DNA of 64,000 bases, from contig OZ241986.1 in the NCBI GenBank assembly GCA_965204375.1, positions 2,400,001 through 2,464,000 of the forward strand, in the 5' to 3' direction. The translations under genes were made by a program, and so were the position numbers. Positions 29,856 through 40,601 of this stretch are shown piece after piece. The stretch comes from Candidatus Latescibacterota bacterium. GTDB lineage: Bacteria > Latescibacterota > UBA2968. The notes below the pieces were generated by a model. That model had not been told where the DNA came from, did not search any database, and saw only the letters and a program-made list of their open reading frames with translations. Each line of letters begins with the position of its first letter. The first letter of the stretch is position 1.

Positions 29856-32800
29856 ATGACTCGCCTTCACACCTCAATCCGCGTCTTATCCTTCCTTTTC
29901 TTGTGCGCTACCCTATTGCACGCACCCACATGGGCGCAATCTCAGGCAACCACCGGTGTTATCCGCGGCTTTGTATGGGACCAGTTCGACAACCCCATAA
30001 GCAACGCCACCATCGCCCTCAAAGAAACCAGCACCAATTACCAGCGAACCCTCACATCATCCGATCTCGGGCAGTTCACCGCGACCCTGTTGCCCCTGGG
30101 TTTTTACGACATAACAGTACAGGCGGCGGGACAGGCAGAAGTGCGCCAAACAGGGGTACAGGTGCGGGTTGGCGAGACAGTGGAACTCGTCATTAAAATG
30201 GCATTGCAAATGGACGAGGTCCTCATCGAAGCGACGAGACCCACCGTTGACATTGCCCAGAGCGAAACAGCCACGCGCCTGCCCGAAGCAGCCGTGCAGG
30301 ACTTGCCCAACAACGGGCGCAATTTCCTCAACCTCACGCTGTTGACCCCGGGCGTTAGCATCGTGCAAGGACCTGACGGCGACGAATTGACCATTGCCGG
30401 TCAGCGCGGCATACACAACAACATCTCGGTAGATGGCGCGGATTTCAACAACCCCTTCTTCGGCGAACAGCGCGGCGGACAGCGCCCCGCCTTCACCTTT
30501 AATTTGAACGCAGTAGCGGAAATGGTGGTTGTACCTCAGGGCGCCAATGCCGAATTTGGACGCTCCAGCGGCGGCTTTGTCAATGTCATCACCAAATCGG
30601 GCACCAACCAATTCCACGGCTCCGTGCATTTTTTTGGCAAACACGACGCCCTGTCCAGCACAGTTAGGCACAACGGGATAGAACGCACGCCCAATTTCAA
30701 ACAGGGGCAATTCGGCTTCACCCTGGGGGGTCCGCTAAAAAAGGACAGGGCATTTTTCTTTGCAGCGTACGACCAGCAGATTTTTAGAGATACGAAACAG
30801 AACAATATCGAACGCGGAGATGCCCGCCTGCGCCGCTTCATGGCCTCCGCGTTCAACCTATCCGACGACTACGGTGCCATAGACCGCACCAACGATGCCC
30901 GCGCTTTTCTGCTCAAAATCGATTATCACTTGTCGGAGGAACACTCCGCCACCTTCAAATACAATTACACCTGGTCCGAACAGGAAAACGGCACCTTTGA
31001 TGTTGACTCCTGGGCGCGCAGCGCCAATGCGATTGAAAGGGACTGGTCACACGCCTTCAACGGCAGTTTGATCTCACTTCTATCTACCAGCACGGTTAAC
31101 GAATTCCGTTTCCAAATCGCCCGCGAAGATCGTCCCCGCCCCTACGGCGGACCGCACAACCCCAACACCGGGCGCCCCTTTCCCGACACGGGCATGGATT
31201 TTCTACACGGCTATCGCTTTGGCATGCCCTTCTTCATCCCGGTCGAATACTACGACACACGCATCCAGCTACTCAACAATATCTCCATAAGCAAAGGCGA
31301 TCATCTAATCAAAGCCGGGATCGAATGGAACCGCGTCGAATCCGTACAAACCTTTATCGGTTTTGCCAATGGGCGTTACATCTTCAATTCCGTGGATGGC
31401 TTTCTCAACTTCGTCGAACAGGGCAATACCTATGTCGAATGCTCCGACGGCAGCACCAGCACCACCGGGACCTGTCCCGACGGAACGGAAATTACCGGAC
31501 CTGTCCTCATTTACTTGCAGCAGTCCGGCGTCGGCGGCCTGAGCGTGGAAGAAGCTGGCACCCAGAATATTCCCCAGCACGAATTGGCTCTGTTTGTACA
31601 GGACAGTTGGCAACCCTCAAACAAGCTCACACTCAATTACGGTTTGCGCTGGGAGGCGCAGATCCAGCCCGATGTGATCACCGATCCAGACGAGGTCTTC
31701 TTCGCCGACTTCATTGGTAAAACTGTCACCAATCAGACAGGTACATACTCATTCCCCTCCAATGGCAAAATCCCCTCTGCCTGGGATATGTTTCAGCCTC
31801 GGTTGGGCATAGCTTACGATGTACACGGCGACAACAAAATCCTGTTGCGAGGCAGCGCGGGGATCTACTACGCCCGCATCCCGGGCTTGAACCTGGCGAG
31901 TACCCGCTCAACCAATGGCTCGCGCGGACAATCCATCTTTCGCTCCAGCGCACTGACGCCCATTTTGGGCCCGCCCCCGACCTATGGTGAATTATTGCCC
32001 TCCCCCACAGGCGATCCCTTCCGCCCCAATATCTTTGTCTTCGACAAAAATTTTAAAAACCCCCGTACCATCAGCACACATCTCGGCCTCGAACGCGAAC
32101 TGCATGCAAAGGGAGTCGTCGGTACCTTCGGTTATACATACTCCCGCACCGATAATCTGACGCGCTTTATCAACCGCAACGACGCGGTCTTCGGTTCTCC
32201 CTGGTCAACGGGTCTGGGTCCTAATGGCAGCAACGGCGTCGGTGACTTGACCGTGGTCGAGAGCACCGCCAAATCGCGCTACCACGGCCTCAGCTTTGGG
32301 CTGCGCCAGATGGTGCAAGACGATTTCCAATTCCAGATGAACTATACCCTATCCTGGGACAAATCCGACGACGACAACGAGCGCGATCCCTTCACCTTCC
32401 GCTACGTCGATCCCACACAATTGGACCGCGAATGGGGCTATTCAGACCGCGATCAGCGCCACCGCTTCAATCTGTGGACTCTGACCAGATTGCCCGGCGA
32501 TATATTCCTCAACAATCGCGTAAGCTACTATTCGGCACAACCGACCTCAGCATCCTGCAAGGGCCAACCCACGACCAATCCCTGGGGCGCAACCTCTGAT
32601 CGTATATGCGCCGACGGCAGCATTATCCAGCGCAACACCCTCCGCAAAGACAACGCATTTTTCTCATGGGACACGCGCCTGTCCCGCCCCATCCCGCTCG
32701 GCAACGGCCATCTGGAAGCCATCGTCGAGATCTTCAACCTGCTCAACACAGACAACTTCCGCGACCCCTCCAGCGCGGGCCTGCTCTTCAACTTTGACGG

Positions 32801-32864
32801 CACCGTACAATCGGGACTCGGCGACCCCCGCGAAGTGCAAATCGGCATGCGCTATGTTTTTTGA
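29856..32864 (+). CDS. TonB-dependent receptor (Oar-like, N-terminal carboxypeptidase-regulatory domain)
   Basis: Signal peptide; LP.NGRNF..L..L.PG; AEFGR..GG.VN..TKSGTN.FHG; QD.W....LTLN.GLR; C-terminal RYVF. Confidence 0.9.
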   Translation: MTRLHTSIRVLSFLFLCATLLHAPTWAQSQATTGVIRGFVWDQFDNPISNATIALKETSTNYQRTLTSSDLGQFTATLLPLGFYDITVQAAGQAEVRQTGVQVRVGETVELVIKMALQMDEVLIEATRPTVDIAQSETATRLPEAAVQDLPNNGRNFLNLTLLTPGVSIVQGPDGDELTIAGQRGIHNNISVDGADFNNPFFGEQRGGQRPAFTFNLNAVAEMVVVPQGANAEFGRSSGGFVNVITKSGTNQFHGSVHFFGKHDALSSTVRHNGIERTPNFKQGQFGFTLGGPLKKDRAFFFAAYDQQIFRDTKQNNIERGDARLRRFMASAFNLSDDYGAIDRTNDARAFLLKIDYHLSEEHSATFKYNYTWSEQENGTFDVDSWARSANAIERDWSHAFNGSLISLLSTSTVNEFRFQIAREDRPRPYGGPHNPNTGRPFPDTGMDFLHGYRFGMPFFIPVEYYDTRIQLLNNISISKGDHLIKAGIEWNRVESVQTFIGFANGRYIFNSVDGFLNFVEQGNTYVECSDGSTSTTGTCPDGTEITGPVLIYLQQSGVGGLSVEEAGTQNIPQHELALFVQDSWQPSNKLTLNYGLRWEAQIQPDVITDPDEVFFADFIGKTVTNQTGTYSFPSNGKIPSAWDMFQPRLGIAYDVHGDNKILLRGSAGIYYARIPGLNLASTRSTNGSRGQSIFRSSALTPILGPPPTYGELLPSPTGDPFRPNIFVFDKNFKNPRTISTHLGLERELHAKGVVGTFGYTYSRTDNLTRFINRNDAVFGSPWSTGLGPNGSNGVGDLTVVESTAKSRYHGLSFGLRQMVQDDFQFQMNYTLSWDKSDDDNERDPFTFRYVDPTQLDREWGYSDRDQRHRFNLWTLTRLPGDIFLNNRVSYYSAQPTSASCKGQPTTNPWGATSDRICADGSIIQRNTLRKDNAFFSWDTRLSRPIPLGNGHLEAIVEIFNLLNTDNFRDPSSAGLLFNFDGTVQSGLGDPREVQIGMRYVF

Positions 32865-32892
32865 TTGCGTGAAAAGGCTTTAAAGACTCACA

Positions 32893-35217
32893 ATGAATAA
32901 AAAGACCCTGAACGAAACAGAAATATGCGACCTCTTCATTACCCCTGCGATCAGCAAGGCCGGATGGGATCAGCACACTCAGATCCGCCGTGAATACACC
33001 TTCACTGCTGGTCAGGTCTGCCTCCAAGGCAATCTAGCTTCGCGTGACAGGAGAAGGCGGGCCGACTACGTGCTATTCTACCGACCAAATCTACCGCTGG
33101 CTGTGGTTGAAGCTAAGGATAACCGTCATTTAGTCGGATATGGGATGCGGCAAGCACTTGATTACGCTGAAGCTCTTGATGTGCCGTTTGTATTTTCATC
33201 AAACGGCGACGCCTTCCTGTTCCACGACCGTACCGGCCGGTCCTCCCCAATAGAAAAGCAACTTAGCCTGGACCAGTTCCCCTCCCCGGACGATTTGTGG
33301 CAGCAATACCGGATATGGAAGGAACTTGACGATACCTCTGACAAACTCGCGAGGCAGCCTTACCACGAAGACTTTGAAGGTAAAAATCTTCGCTACTATC
33401 AGCGCATCGCTATTCAGCGGGCAGTTGAGGCTATCGCACAGGGACAGCGTCGAGTGCTGCTGGTCATGGCTACCGGTACGGGCAAGACATTCACTGTATT
33501 TCAGATTATATGGCGACTATGGAAAGCCGAGAAGGTCAAGCGGGTACTGTTTCTCGTGGACCGAAACATTCTCGCAGATCAAGCCGTCACCAACGACTTC
33601 AAGCCCTTCGGGTCGGTAATGACCAAGGTGGGGAATCGCAATATGGACCCAAGCTATGAGGTCTATGTCGCACTCTACCAGGCCGTCAGCGGTAGCGAGG
33701 AAGAGAAGAACGTCTATCGTCAGTTCAGTCGAGGTTTTTTTGACCTTGTTGTCATTGATGAGTGTCACCGGGGCAGTGCCCGAGAGGACAGCGCGTGGCG
33801 GGAAATCCTCGATTACTTTGAACCTGCCATCCAACTCGGCCTTACGGCAACACCAAAGGAGACCACGGAGGTCAGCACACTTACCTACTTTGGGGAACCC
33901 ATTTACAGCTACAGCCTTAAGCAAGGCATTGAAGACGGCTTTCTCGCACCGTTTAAGGTTATGCGTATCGACCTCGACAGAGACTTACAAGGCTGGCGCC
34001 CTCCAGCGGGCATGACCGATGATCTCGGACAAGAGATTGAAGATCGCATCTACAACCAGCACGACATGGACCGGGTGCTAATCCTGAATGAGCGCACTCA
34101 GCGCGTCGCCGAGAAAGTCGTTGAGTATATGTTATCCACCGATCCCTACGGCAAAACTATTGTCTTTTGCGAAAATATTGACCATGCCGAAAGAATGCGT
34201 TCAGCACTGGTCAACGAAGTCGCTAAACATCTGCCAGAGGAGGCCGGTAATATTTCAAAATTTGTAGTCCGCATTACTGGCGATAGCGACGAGGGCCGAC
34301 TCGCACTCGATGACTTCATCCACCCCGAACGACGCTATCCGGTCATTGCCACTACCTCAAAGCTGTTGACGACAGGCGTGGACGTCAGGACCTGCAAACT
34401 CATTGTGATAGACCAGCGCATTGAGTCGTTGATTGAGTTCAAACAGATCATTGGACGTGGAACGCGCATCCACGAAGATATGGGCAAGCTCTGGTTCACT
34501 ATCATGGACTTCAGAAAGGCAACGGAGCAGTTTGCTGATCCGGACTTCGATGGAACTCCGATAGTTATCTACGAACCTCATAGAGACTATCCCATTCTGT
34601 CAGATGATAACGAGAAAAATGGAGACGATAAAGATTTACCGATAGAAGGTGGGACACGATACATAGTTAGCGACGTTGAAGTGCAAGTCTTAGCCGAACG
34701 CGTTCATTACCTGGATCGGAACGGCAAGCTCATCACCGAGTCGTTGACCGACTACACTCGAAAGACCGTCCAGCAGGAGTATGCCACGCTCAACGATTTT
34801 CTAAAGCGATGGAACGAGGCTGATCGGAAGGCGGCCATCATAGACGAGTTGGGCAATCAAGGCGTCCTGTTTGAAGAGTTGCGGTCGCAGGTCGGCAGAG
34901 AATACGATGCATTCGACTTGATATGCCACATAGTGTACGATCAGCCTCTGCTTACTCGACGCCAGCGAGCTAAGAAGGTCAAAGAACGGGACGTTTTCAC
35001 TCGTTACGGCACACAAGCCCGCGCTGTCCTCAACGCTCTAATCGACAAGTACGCGGACGAGGGGCTAACTGCTGTTGAAGACCTCGGCATCCTGCGCGTA
35101 CAACCTATATCCGACCTCGGCACCCCAGTAGAATTAGTCCGGCACTTCGGTGGTAAAGACGAATATATTGCCGCTGTGCAGGCACTTGCCGAAGCCCTCT
35201 ACGACCAAGTAGCATAA
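32893..35217 (+). CDS. hsdR: Type I restriction endonuclease R subunit (EcoAI/EcoEI-like)
   Basis: ADYVL...VVEAK nuclease motif; MATGTGKT; DECHRGS; TATP; LTTGVD; QIIGRGTR. Confidence 0.93.
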   Translation: MNKKTLNETEICDLFITPAISKAGWDQHTQIRREYTFTAGQVCLQGNLASRDRRRRADYVLFYRPNLPLAVVEAKDNRHLVGYGMRQALDYAEALDVPFVFSSNGDAFLFHDRTGRSSPIEKQLSLDQFPSPDDLWQQYRIWKELDDTSDKLARQPYHEDFEGKNLRYYQRIAIQRAVEAIAQGQRRVLLVMATGTGKTFTVFQIIWRLWKAEKVKRVLFLVDRNILADQAVTNDFKPFGSVMTKVGNRNMDPSYEVYVALYQAVSGSEEEKNVYRQFSRGFFDLVVIDECHRGSAREDSAWREILDYFEPAIQLGLTATPKETTEVSTLTYFGEPIYSYSLKQGIEDGFLAPFKVMRIDLDRDLQGWRPPAGMTDDLGQEIEDRIYNQHDMDRVLILNERTQRVAEKVVEYMLSTDPYGKTIVFCENIDHAERMRSALVNEVAKHLPEEAGNISKFVVRITGDSDEGRLALDDFIHPERRYPVIATTSKLLTTGVDVRTCKLIVIDQRIESLIEFKQIIGRGTRIHEDMGKLWFTIMDFRKATEQFADPDFDGTPIVIYEPHRDYPILSDDNEKNGDDKDLPIEGGTRYIVSDVEVQVLAERVHYLDRNGKLITESLTDYTRKTVQQEYATLNDFLKRWNEADRKAAIIDELGNQGVLFEELRSQVGREYDAFDLICHIVYDQPLLTRRQRAKKVKERDVFTRYGTQARAVLNALIDKYADEGLTAVEDLGILRVQPISDLGTPVELVRHFGGKDEYIAAVQALAEALYDQVA

Positions 35218-35280
35218 GGTGAAGACGCTTGATCAATGCGTAATACTATCCACCAAACTGAACAAAGGAGAGCCTGACCT

Positions 35281-36783
35281 ATGGCCCTATCCACCACTAT
35301 CAAATCCATCCAGGACATCATGCGTAAGGATGTGGGCGTCGATGGTGACGCTCAGCGCATTGGTCAACTTGTCTGGCTGCTATTTCTCAAAATATGGGAT
35401 GATCGAGAGCAGGAATTAGAGATGCTCGAAGACCATTTCAGGTCTCCTTTGATCGACGTAACCTGGATGGAGGAAGGCGAGACCCGCACCGCTGCGGACT
35501 TGCGCTGGAGTGCCTGGGCCGCTGATCCGGAGGGTGATACTGGCGATAAACTGCTCAGCTTTGTCAACGATACGCTATTTCCCGCGCTCAAGGGCATGGA
35601 GGTCGGATCGCTCGCAGAGGATGCGCGTGTGCTCCGCTGTCGCCTGGTGCGCAGCGTCTTTGAGGACGCTTACCAGTACATGAAATCCGGCACCCTGCTG
35701 CGACAGGTCATCAACAAAATCCAATCCGACATCGACTTCAACGACGCCACGAACCGGCACTTATTCGGAAATATCTACGAGCAACTCCTCAAAGATCTCC
35801 AGGGAGCCGGGAACGCTGGTGAATATTACACGCCGAGGGCAGTGACCCAATTCGCGGTGGATATGATCAATCCTCGCCTCGGTGAATCCATTCTGGACCC
35901 GGCCTGTGGAACTGGTGGCTTTTTGTCGTGTGCCATTGAGCACATTCGCCGGCAGGACGTAAAGACACCCGAACAAGAGGCTCAACTACAAGAAAGTATT
36001 CAGGGCGTAGAGAAGAAGCCTCTACCACACTTGCTTTGCACCACCAACATGATTGTGCATGGCATTGACGTACCAACTGGCATTCAGCACAAAAACTCTC
36101 TGTCCCGTCCACTACACGATATCGGCATGAGTGACCGGGTCGATGTGGTGCTTACCAATCCGCCATTTGGCGGCATGGAGGAGGACGGAATTGAGGGTAA
36201 CTTTCCAGCCCAGTTCCGTACCCGTGAGACCGCAGATCTGTTCCTGGTATTGATCGTGGAGTTACTCAAGCCCGGTGGCCGTGCCGCAGTAGTTCTACCG
36301 GACGGGACCTTATTCGGCGAGGGCGTGAAGACGCGCCTGAAAGAACGCCTGCTCACCGAATGCGAATTGCACACCATCGTGCGCCTGCCCAACGGGGTAT
36401 TCGCACCGTACACCAGCATCAAAACCAACCTGCTATTTTTTGAGAAAGGGAGACCGACCACCGAGGTTTGGTACTACGAGCACCCCTACCCGGAAGGCTA
36501 CAAGTCCTACTCCAAGACCAAACCGATGCGGATTGAAGAGTTTGAGCCAGAAAAAGCGTGGTGGGACAATCGGGTCGAAAGTGAGTTCGCGTGGAAAGTC
36601 GGCATTGACGAGATACGCGAGCGTGGCTTCAATCTCGACATCGCCAACCCCAACGCGGTTGAGAGCGGCCACGGCGATCCGGATAAACTATTGGCATTAT
36701 ATAAAAAGGAACAAATAGAGATGGCAAAAGTGCGGGATCAACTAAAGCAGGCGTTGTCCGAGGCATTGGAGAGAACAGCATGA
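35281..36783 (+). CDS. hsdM: Type I m6A methyltransferase M subunit
   Basis: GEYYTPR, DPACGTGGFL, TNPPFGG. Confidence 0.95.
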   Translation: MALSTTIKSIQDIMRKDVGVDGDAQRIGQLVWLLFLKIWDDREQELEMLEDHFRSPLIDVTWMEEGETRTAADLRWSAWAADPEGDTGDKLLSFVNDTLFPALKGMEVGSLAEDARVLRCRLVRSVFEDAYQYMKSGTLLRQVINKIQSDIDFNDATNRHLFGNIYEQLLKDLQGAGNAGEYYTPRAVTQFAVDMINPRLGESILDPACGTGGFLSCAIEHIRRQDVKTPEQEAQLQESIQGVEKKPLPHLLCTTNMIVHGIDVPTGIQHKNSLSRPLHDIGMSDRVDVVLTNPPFGGMEEDGIEGNFPAQFRTRETADLFLVLIVELLKPGGRAAVVLPDGTLFGEGVKTRLKERLLTECELHTIVRLPNGVFAPYTSIKTNLLFFEKGRPTTEVWYYEHPYPEGYKSYSKTKPMRIEEFEPEKAWWDNRVESEFAWKVGIDEIRERGFNLDIANPNAVESGHGDPDKLLALYKKEQIEMAKVRDQLKQALSEALERTA

Positions 36784-37622
36784 CGACGCGGGAATTTATA
36801 GAGGTCTTTGATACGATTGTGGAGGCGCCGGGGGGGATTGATCGGTTGAGGGAGTTGGTACTCCATCTTGCGGTGCGCGGGCGGCTGGTGCCGCAGAACC
36901 CGAATGATGAACCGGTGAGTATGTTGATTGCTGAAATTAAGGCAGAAAAAGAACGGCTCCTTAGTAAAAAAATCATTACCAAATCCCGCTACCCCTCCGG
37001 AGTCTCTATTGAACCAAAACCCTTTGAAGTTCCCGAAAAGTGGCAATGGTTTCGCTTGGGTGATGTCGGCGCAATAGTGGGGGGTGGCACTCCGAAGAGC
37101 AGTGAGCCTTCTTTCTGGAGTGATGGTCAAGATATTCCTTGGCTTACACCAGCGGACATGCGAGGACAGTCCTCTCGTTATATCTTGCGAGGGGCTCGCG
37201 ACATTACATCCGAGGGCCTCAATAGATCGTCCGCTCAGATGCTACCAGCAGGGTCAGTTTTGTTTTCAAGTCGGGCGCCGATTGGATATGTTGGTATTGC
37301 AGCCAATCCGCTCAGTACTAACCAAGGCTTCAAATCCTGTGTACCCTATATTCCAGCCATGTCGAATTATCTGTACGTATTTCTCAAGTATGCCGGGCCA
37401 GGAATTGACAAGCAAGCTACGGGAACGACATTTAAGGAAGTGCCAGGCAAAGAATTTGCACTTATTCCGGTACCGATCCCACCTCTTGCTGAACAGCATC
37501 GCATCGTCGCCAAGGTTGATGAGCTTATGGAACTGATTGACCGGTTGGAGCAACACCTCGTTGCCAAAGGGAAGTATCACGAAGCCTTCGCAGCGGCTGC
37601 CATACACCACACAGAAGATTGA
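36780..37622 (+). CDS. hsdS: Type I specificity subunit, half-size (single TRD)
   Basis: LRELVL.LAVRGRLVPQ, PFE.P..W.W..LG, one TRD, PPLAEQ.RIV.KVDELM, then stop at 280 aa; ATGA overlap with hsdM. Confidence 0.85.
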   Translation: MTTREFIEVFDTIVEAPGGIDRLRELVLHLAVRGRLVPQNPNDEPVSMLIAEIKAEKERLLSKKIITKSRYPSGVSIEPKPFEVPEKWQWFRLGDVGAIVGGGTPKSSEPSFWSDGQDIPWLTPADMRGQSSRYILRGARDITSEGLNRSSAQMLPAGSVLFSSRAPIGYVGIAANPLSTNQGFKSCVPYIPAMSNYLYVFLKYAGPGIDKQATGTTFKEVPGKEFALIPVPIPPLAEQHRIVAKVDELMELIDRLEQHLVAKGKYHEAFAAAAIHHTED

Positions 37623-37712
37623 TCTAATTCAGATTTGTCCAAGGTAAGCGATCTTCATAGCTTAGGCGACATCGTTCACATTTTCCTTTTTTATGTCCCA
37701 AGGTGGATAAAC

Positions 37713-39089
37713 TCAACACAATGCAGTCGTATATCCAGGGTTGAGAGACAGAAAGTTTTGGGGATTGGGAACGGCTAAGCGATGATCAACAGAGAGCAGA
37801 TCGAGATCAATCAACTGATAGGGATTCTCGCCGTTTAGAAGGCGTAGCACTTGGGACAATACCAGCGTAGCAGCCACGGTGCCTACGAAGGGTGCGCCGA
37901 CCGCTTTGCCAGCCAGAAGTGTAACGCCGCAACGATCCAGTTCGCCACTTTTGAGCATTTCTTGATAGGCCGGGCGATCCTCAACTGTTTCGGAGAATGC
38001 CGTCGGTTTCCAAATCTCCTTTGCCGAACGTGAACCCGGTAGTACGTGCAGACGTATGGTACGGAAATTTTGTTGTCCTCTACCAAGCCCTGCTTCAACA
38101 ACCAGATCAAATCCTACTTGATCAAGTGCTCGCCTTCCAAGCGCATTATCCAAACCACACAACGCGATAGCTGGTTCTTCATCTTGGCGGTGGAAACTGT
38201 CATCAAACCGTCGCTCTTGTACCGCTGTCGCAAACCCGCGCCGTTCTGCCCAAGCAGCCATGGCACGGGTCTTTTTTTCACCCACCATTGTCGCGTTGCT
38301 CAAAATAGATGTGCTTTCAGTTGATGGAGTAATCTCGTCTATATCTTGCAGCACAAGAGAGAGATTTTCTGGATCCTTATAAGGCAGTAACCCAAGTCCC
38401 CAAAGATACGCTTGTCCTAGATGTCCAAGCCCAATCATCCAAAGTCGCGATGGAAGATAGGTTATCTGAGGTTCGTTTGGGTCAGATGCGAGCCAATTGT
38501 TATCTACTGTGGGTTGCCACAGCGATAGTCCTATCGGTCTTCTCCCCGCTGCAGAATCGCCTCTGTCCACAAACAGGAAGGCTTCATTGATCGCAAGGCC
38601 AGCGGACAGCATAGCCGCCAGTGGTATAGTAGGTCCAGGGGCTGGCTTTAGCACTGAATGAACTGGAAGGATGCCACCTCGCCAACCAGCGGCTGCCGTG
38701 CGGATATGAAATCTAGAGCATCTTGGTTGAGGACCTCCGCCGATAACAATGGTCGGCGTTCCATCATCAGAAGGTTCAAACGAGCCACCGAGTTCTGTCA
38801 CGGCCTCATGGAGCCTGCCCGGTAAAGGTAGTGGTAATTTCAGTGGCACATCTAAGTCGCCTTCTACGGAAACCCCGCCGAGGAATACACGCCGTCCAAG
38901 TGCAACCGCTGTCAACAACGCAATTTGATTGAGTGAATTTTGCGACTCAACTCCGTGGATGGTAAGCGCAAGGCGATAGCCTTGAAAGAGATTCTCAGCC
39001 TCGGCGAGAGTTCGGGCTTTTCCGCTATCAAGTGCGTACTTGACTAAGCGGTGTAGGTAATTGGCGTCTGGTTTGGTATTCATGGACAA
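37713..39089 (-). CDS. bilD: E1-like (ThiF-family) Ubl-activating enzyme of a Bil/ISG15-like system
   Basis: C-terminal adenylation domain with IGLGHLG, D.D, KT, CGLDN..R; candidate catalytic Cys in LDRCGVT; divergent N-terminal half. Confidence 0.8.
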   Translation of the reverse strand: MSMNTKPDANYLHRLVKYALDSGKARTLAEAENLFQGYRLALTIHGVESQNSLNQIALLTAVALGRRVFLGGVSVEGDLDVPLKLPLPLPGRLHEAVTELGGSFEPSDDGTPTIVIGGGPQPRCSRFHIRTAAAGWRGGILPVHSVLKPAPGPTIPLAAMLSAGLAINEAFLFVDRGDSAAGRRPIGLSLWQPTVDNNWLASDPNEPQITYLPSRLWMIGLGHLGQAYLWGLGLLPYKDPENLSLVLQDIDEITPSTESTSILSNATMVGEKKTRAMAAWAERRGFATAVQERRFDDSFHRQDEEPAIALCGLDNALGRRALDQVGFDLVVEAGLGRGQQNFRTIRLHVLPGSRSAKEIWKPTAFSETVEDRPAYQEMLKSGELDRCGVTLLAGKAVGAPFVGTVAATLVLSQVLRLLNGENPYQLIDLDLLSVDHRLAVPNPQNFLSLNPGYTTALC

Positions 39090-39095
39090 ATCTCT

Positions 39096-39614
39096 CTATA
39101 GACCGATGTGAAAAAAAGCCCTGCGAGCAGCGGGCGTAATGGTTTCCCAATGCTTCGCACCTTGGTAGCGATAGATACCGATTTGGCGCTTTGATATGGG
39201 ACCTGTAGCGAAGTGAGGAAGAATTAGTGCCAAATGACCTGCCTGTGCAATCATGGGATAAGCGCGATCTGACTCACTCTGCTGCGATCCACCAGGATGG
39301 ACATGAATATCGGCCACGACAACCAACCCTCTCTCTTTGCAAAGTGTCCAGAGCATCCCGAAGTATCGCCCGTCGAAGCGGACTATGCCGGTATCAAGGC
39401 AATGTGGATCGAGATCATCATACAGGACAAAATCAGTGATACGAGCACGTTGATCGTTTTGGTGACCTAGTAGAAAAGCACCGCTTTCCCTAGACTTACC
39501 GTGTCCCCGCTCCCGTAAGCAGACCAGCAAACGCCGCCAAAGAAACCAAGAACAGGACAACTCATGTCGCGGTGCAAAGAGGCGACGTATAGTCTCCGCT
39601 ATGAAGAAGTTCAT
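39096..39614 (-). CDS. bilC: JAB/MPN+ metallo-isopeptidase
   Basis: RESGAFLLG catalytic Glu; HVHP....QS.SD JAMM motif. Confidence 0.88.
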   Translation of the reverse strand: MNFFIAETIRRLFAPRHELSCSWFLWRRLLVCLRERGHGKSRESGAFLLGHQNDQRARITDFVLYDDLDPHCLDTGIVRFDGRYFGMLWTLCKERGLVVVADIHVHPGGSQQSESDRAYPMIAQAGHLALILPHFATGPISKRQIGIYRYQGAKHWETITPAARRAFFHIGL

Positions 39615-40035
39615 GGACGATCTCCAAGTATTGAACAATGCCTTCTACCGGACGCCAGATTTTTGACGGTATCTCGGTTCTCCAGTTTTCATGCCCAGCG
39701 AAGCTTTCACGATCACAAGGCAGGTACAACGCAGAGCCATTCTTCCAGTCAGGGCGAAAAACTGCAGAAACGCGGCCACCTTGGCCTTGTGGCCAGAGAC
39801 TGAATTCCAAGATGGTATTTTGCTCGGGATCCCATGGGCCACCCGTAGGCGGGGTTTGTGGATACCCCTCGCAGTTGAAGCGCAACACATATTGACGCTT
39901 ATCCTTCGCGGTCACTGAGATCAAGGCAAAGGGCCAGTCAATACGAATCAGGCACCAGCGTCCTTCTACTTGTCCAAGGCGGAACGCAGCCTTGGACAAG
40001 TCAGACTCGAATGCCCGCTGGTCGGGGGTACTCAA
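39562..40035 (-). CDS. bilB: E2-like Ubl-conjugating protein
   Basis: GYP..PP..WD E2 signature; candidate catalytic Cys in LYLPCDR; TTG start with GGAGG RBS overlapping the bilA stop. Confidence 0.78.
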   Translation of the reverse strand: MSTPDQRAFESDLSKAAFRLGQVEGRWCLIRIDWPFALISVTAKDKRQYVLRFNCEGYPQTPPTGGPWDPEQNTILEFSLWPQGQGGRVSAVFRPDWKNGSALYLPCDRESFAGHENWRTEIPSKIWRPVEGIVQYLEIVHELLHSGDYTSPLCTAT

Positions 40036-40541
40036 GCTATGCCTCCAGTTGAGCCGTTCACCCTCTCGTCAGGAGTAAGGTCAAATGCCTGGCTGCAATC
40101 AAGACAATCCACCAGTGTGCCGATATGCGTCCCAGGGGTCGGCCTTTCGTGAGTGCCTACGATTTGCAGAGCATACTCACCGGCGTCTTTTGGCTCCATT
40201 CCAAATGCCTTTTCTGCTGCCCAACACTTGACACGGGCGATGGTCGCACTTGGCCCGAAACTGTGATCAACTGTGTGGCCATTGAAGGTCACGCTGACTT
40301 TGACGAGACAACAGCGATTCAGGTGGATCTTTATACCCGTCTCCTCAACGCAATCAATCACCTTCCAGTCTTCGTCAAGTGGTTCATCTTTGTCCTCCAA
40401 GAAGAGACACACGTCGCTGGCGAGGCTGTGCTTGTCGATCAACTCAGCCTTGACTATTGCGAATGTAGCGTCGTCTTCAACTTCGACATGCTGGATCTCG
40501 CGGATCCCTTCACACTGGTAAAACAGATCGAGTGTATCCAT
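40032..40541 (-). CDS. bilA: Di-ubiquitin-like (ISG15-like) protein with a 6-aa tail after Gly163
   Basis: Two ~80-aa beta-grasp-like halves; ends [13 protein letters not shown]; AGGAGG RBS; first gene of the Ubl-E2-JAB-E1 order. Confidence 0.75.
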   Translation of the reverse strand: MDTLDLFYQCEGIREIQHVEVEDDATFAIVKAELIDKHSLASDVCLFLEDKDEPLDEDWKVIDCVEETGIKIHLNRCCLVKVSVTFNGHTVDHSFGPSATIARVKCWAAEKAFGMEPKDAGEYALQIVGTHERPTPGTHIGTLVDCLDCSQAFDLTPDERVNGSTGGIA

Positions 40542-40601
40542 AATACTATCCTCCTAAGAGCTAGAGCGAAGCTCCATTGCCCGTCTCTGCTCTTCACTTT
40601 A

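Noticed and set aside
40032-40052. GG in the BilA tail (STGGIA) as a ubiquitin-type di-glycine
   Set aside because: These codons are the GGAGG ribosome-binding site of the overlapping bilB gene; the Gly of RVNG is the more plausible conjugation site.
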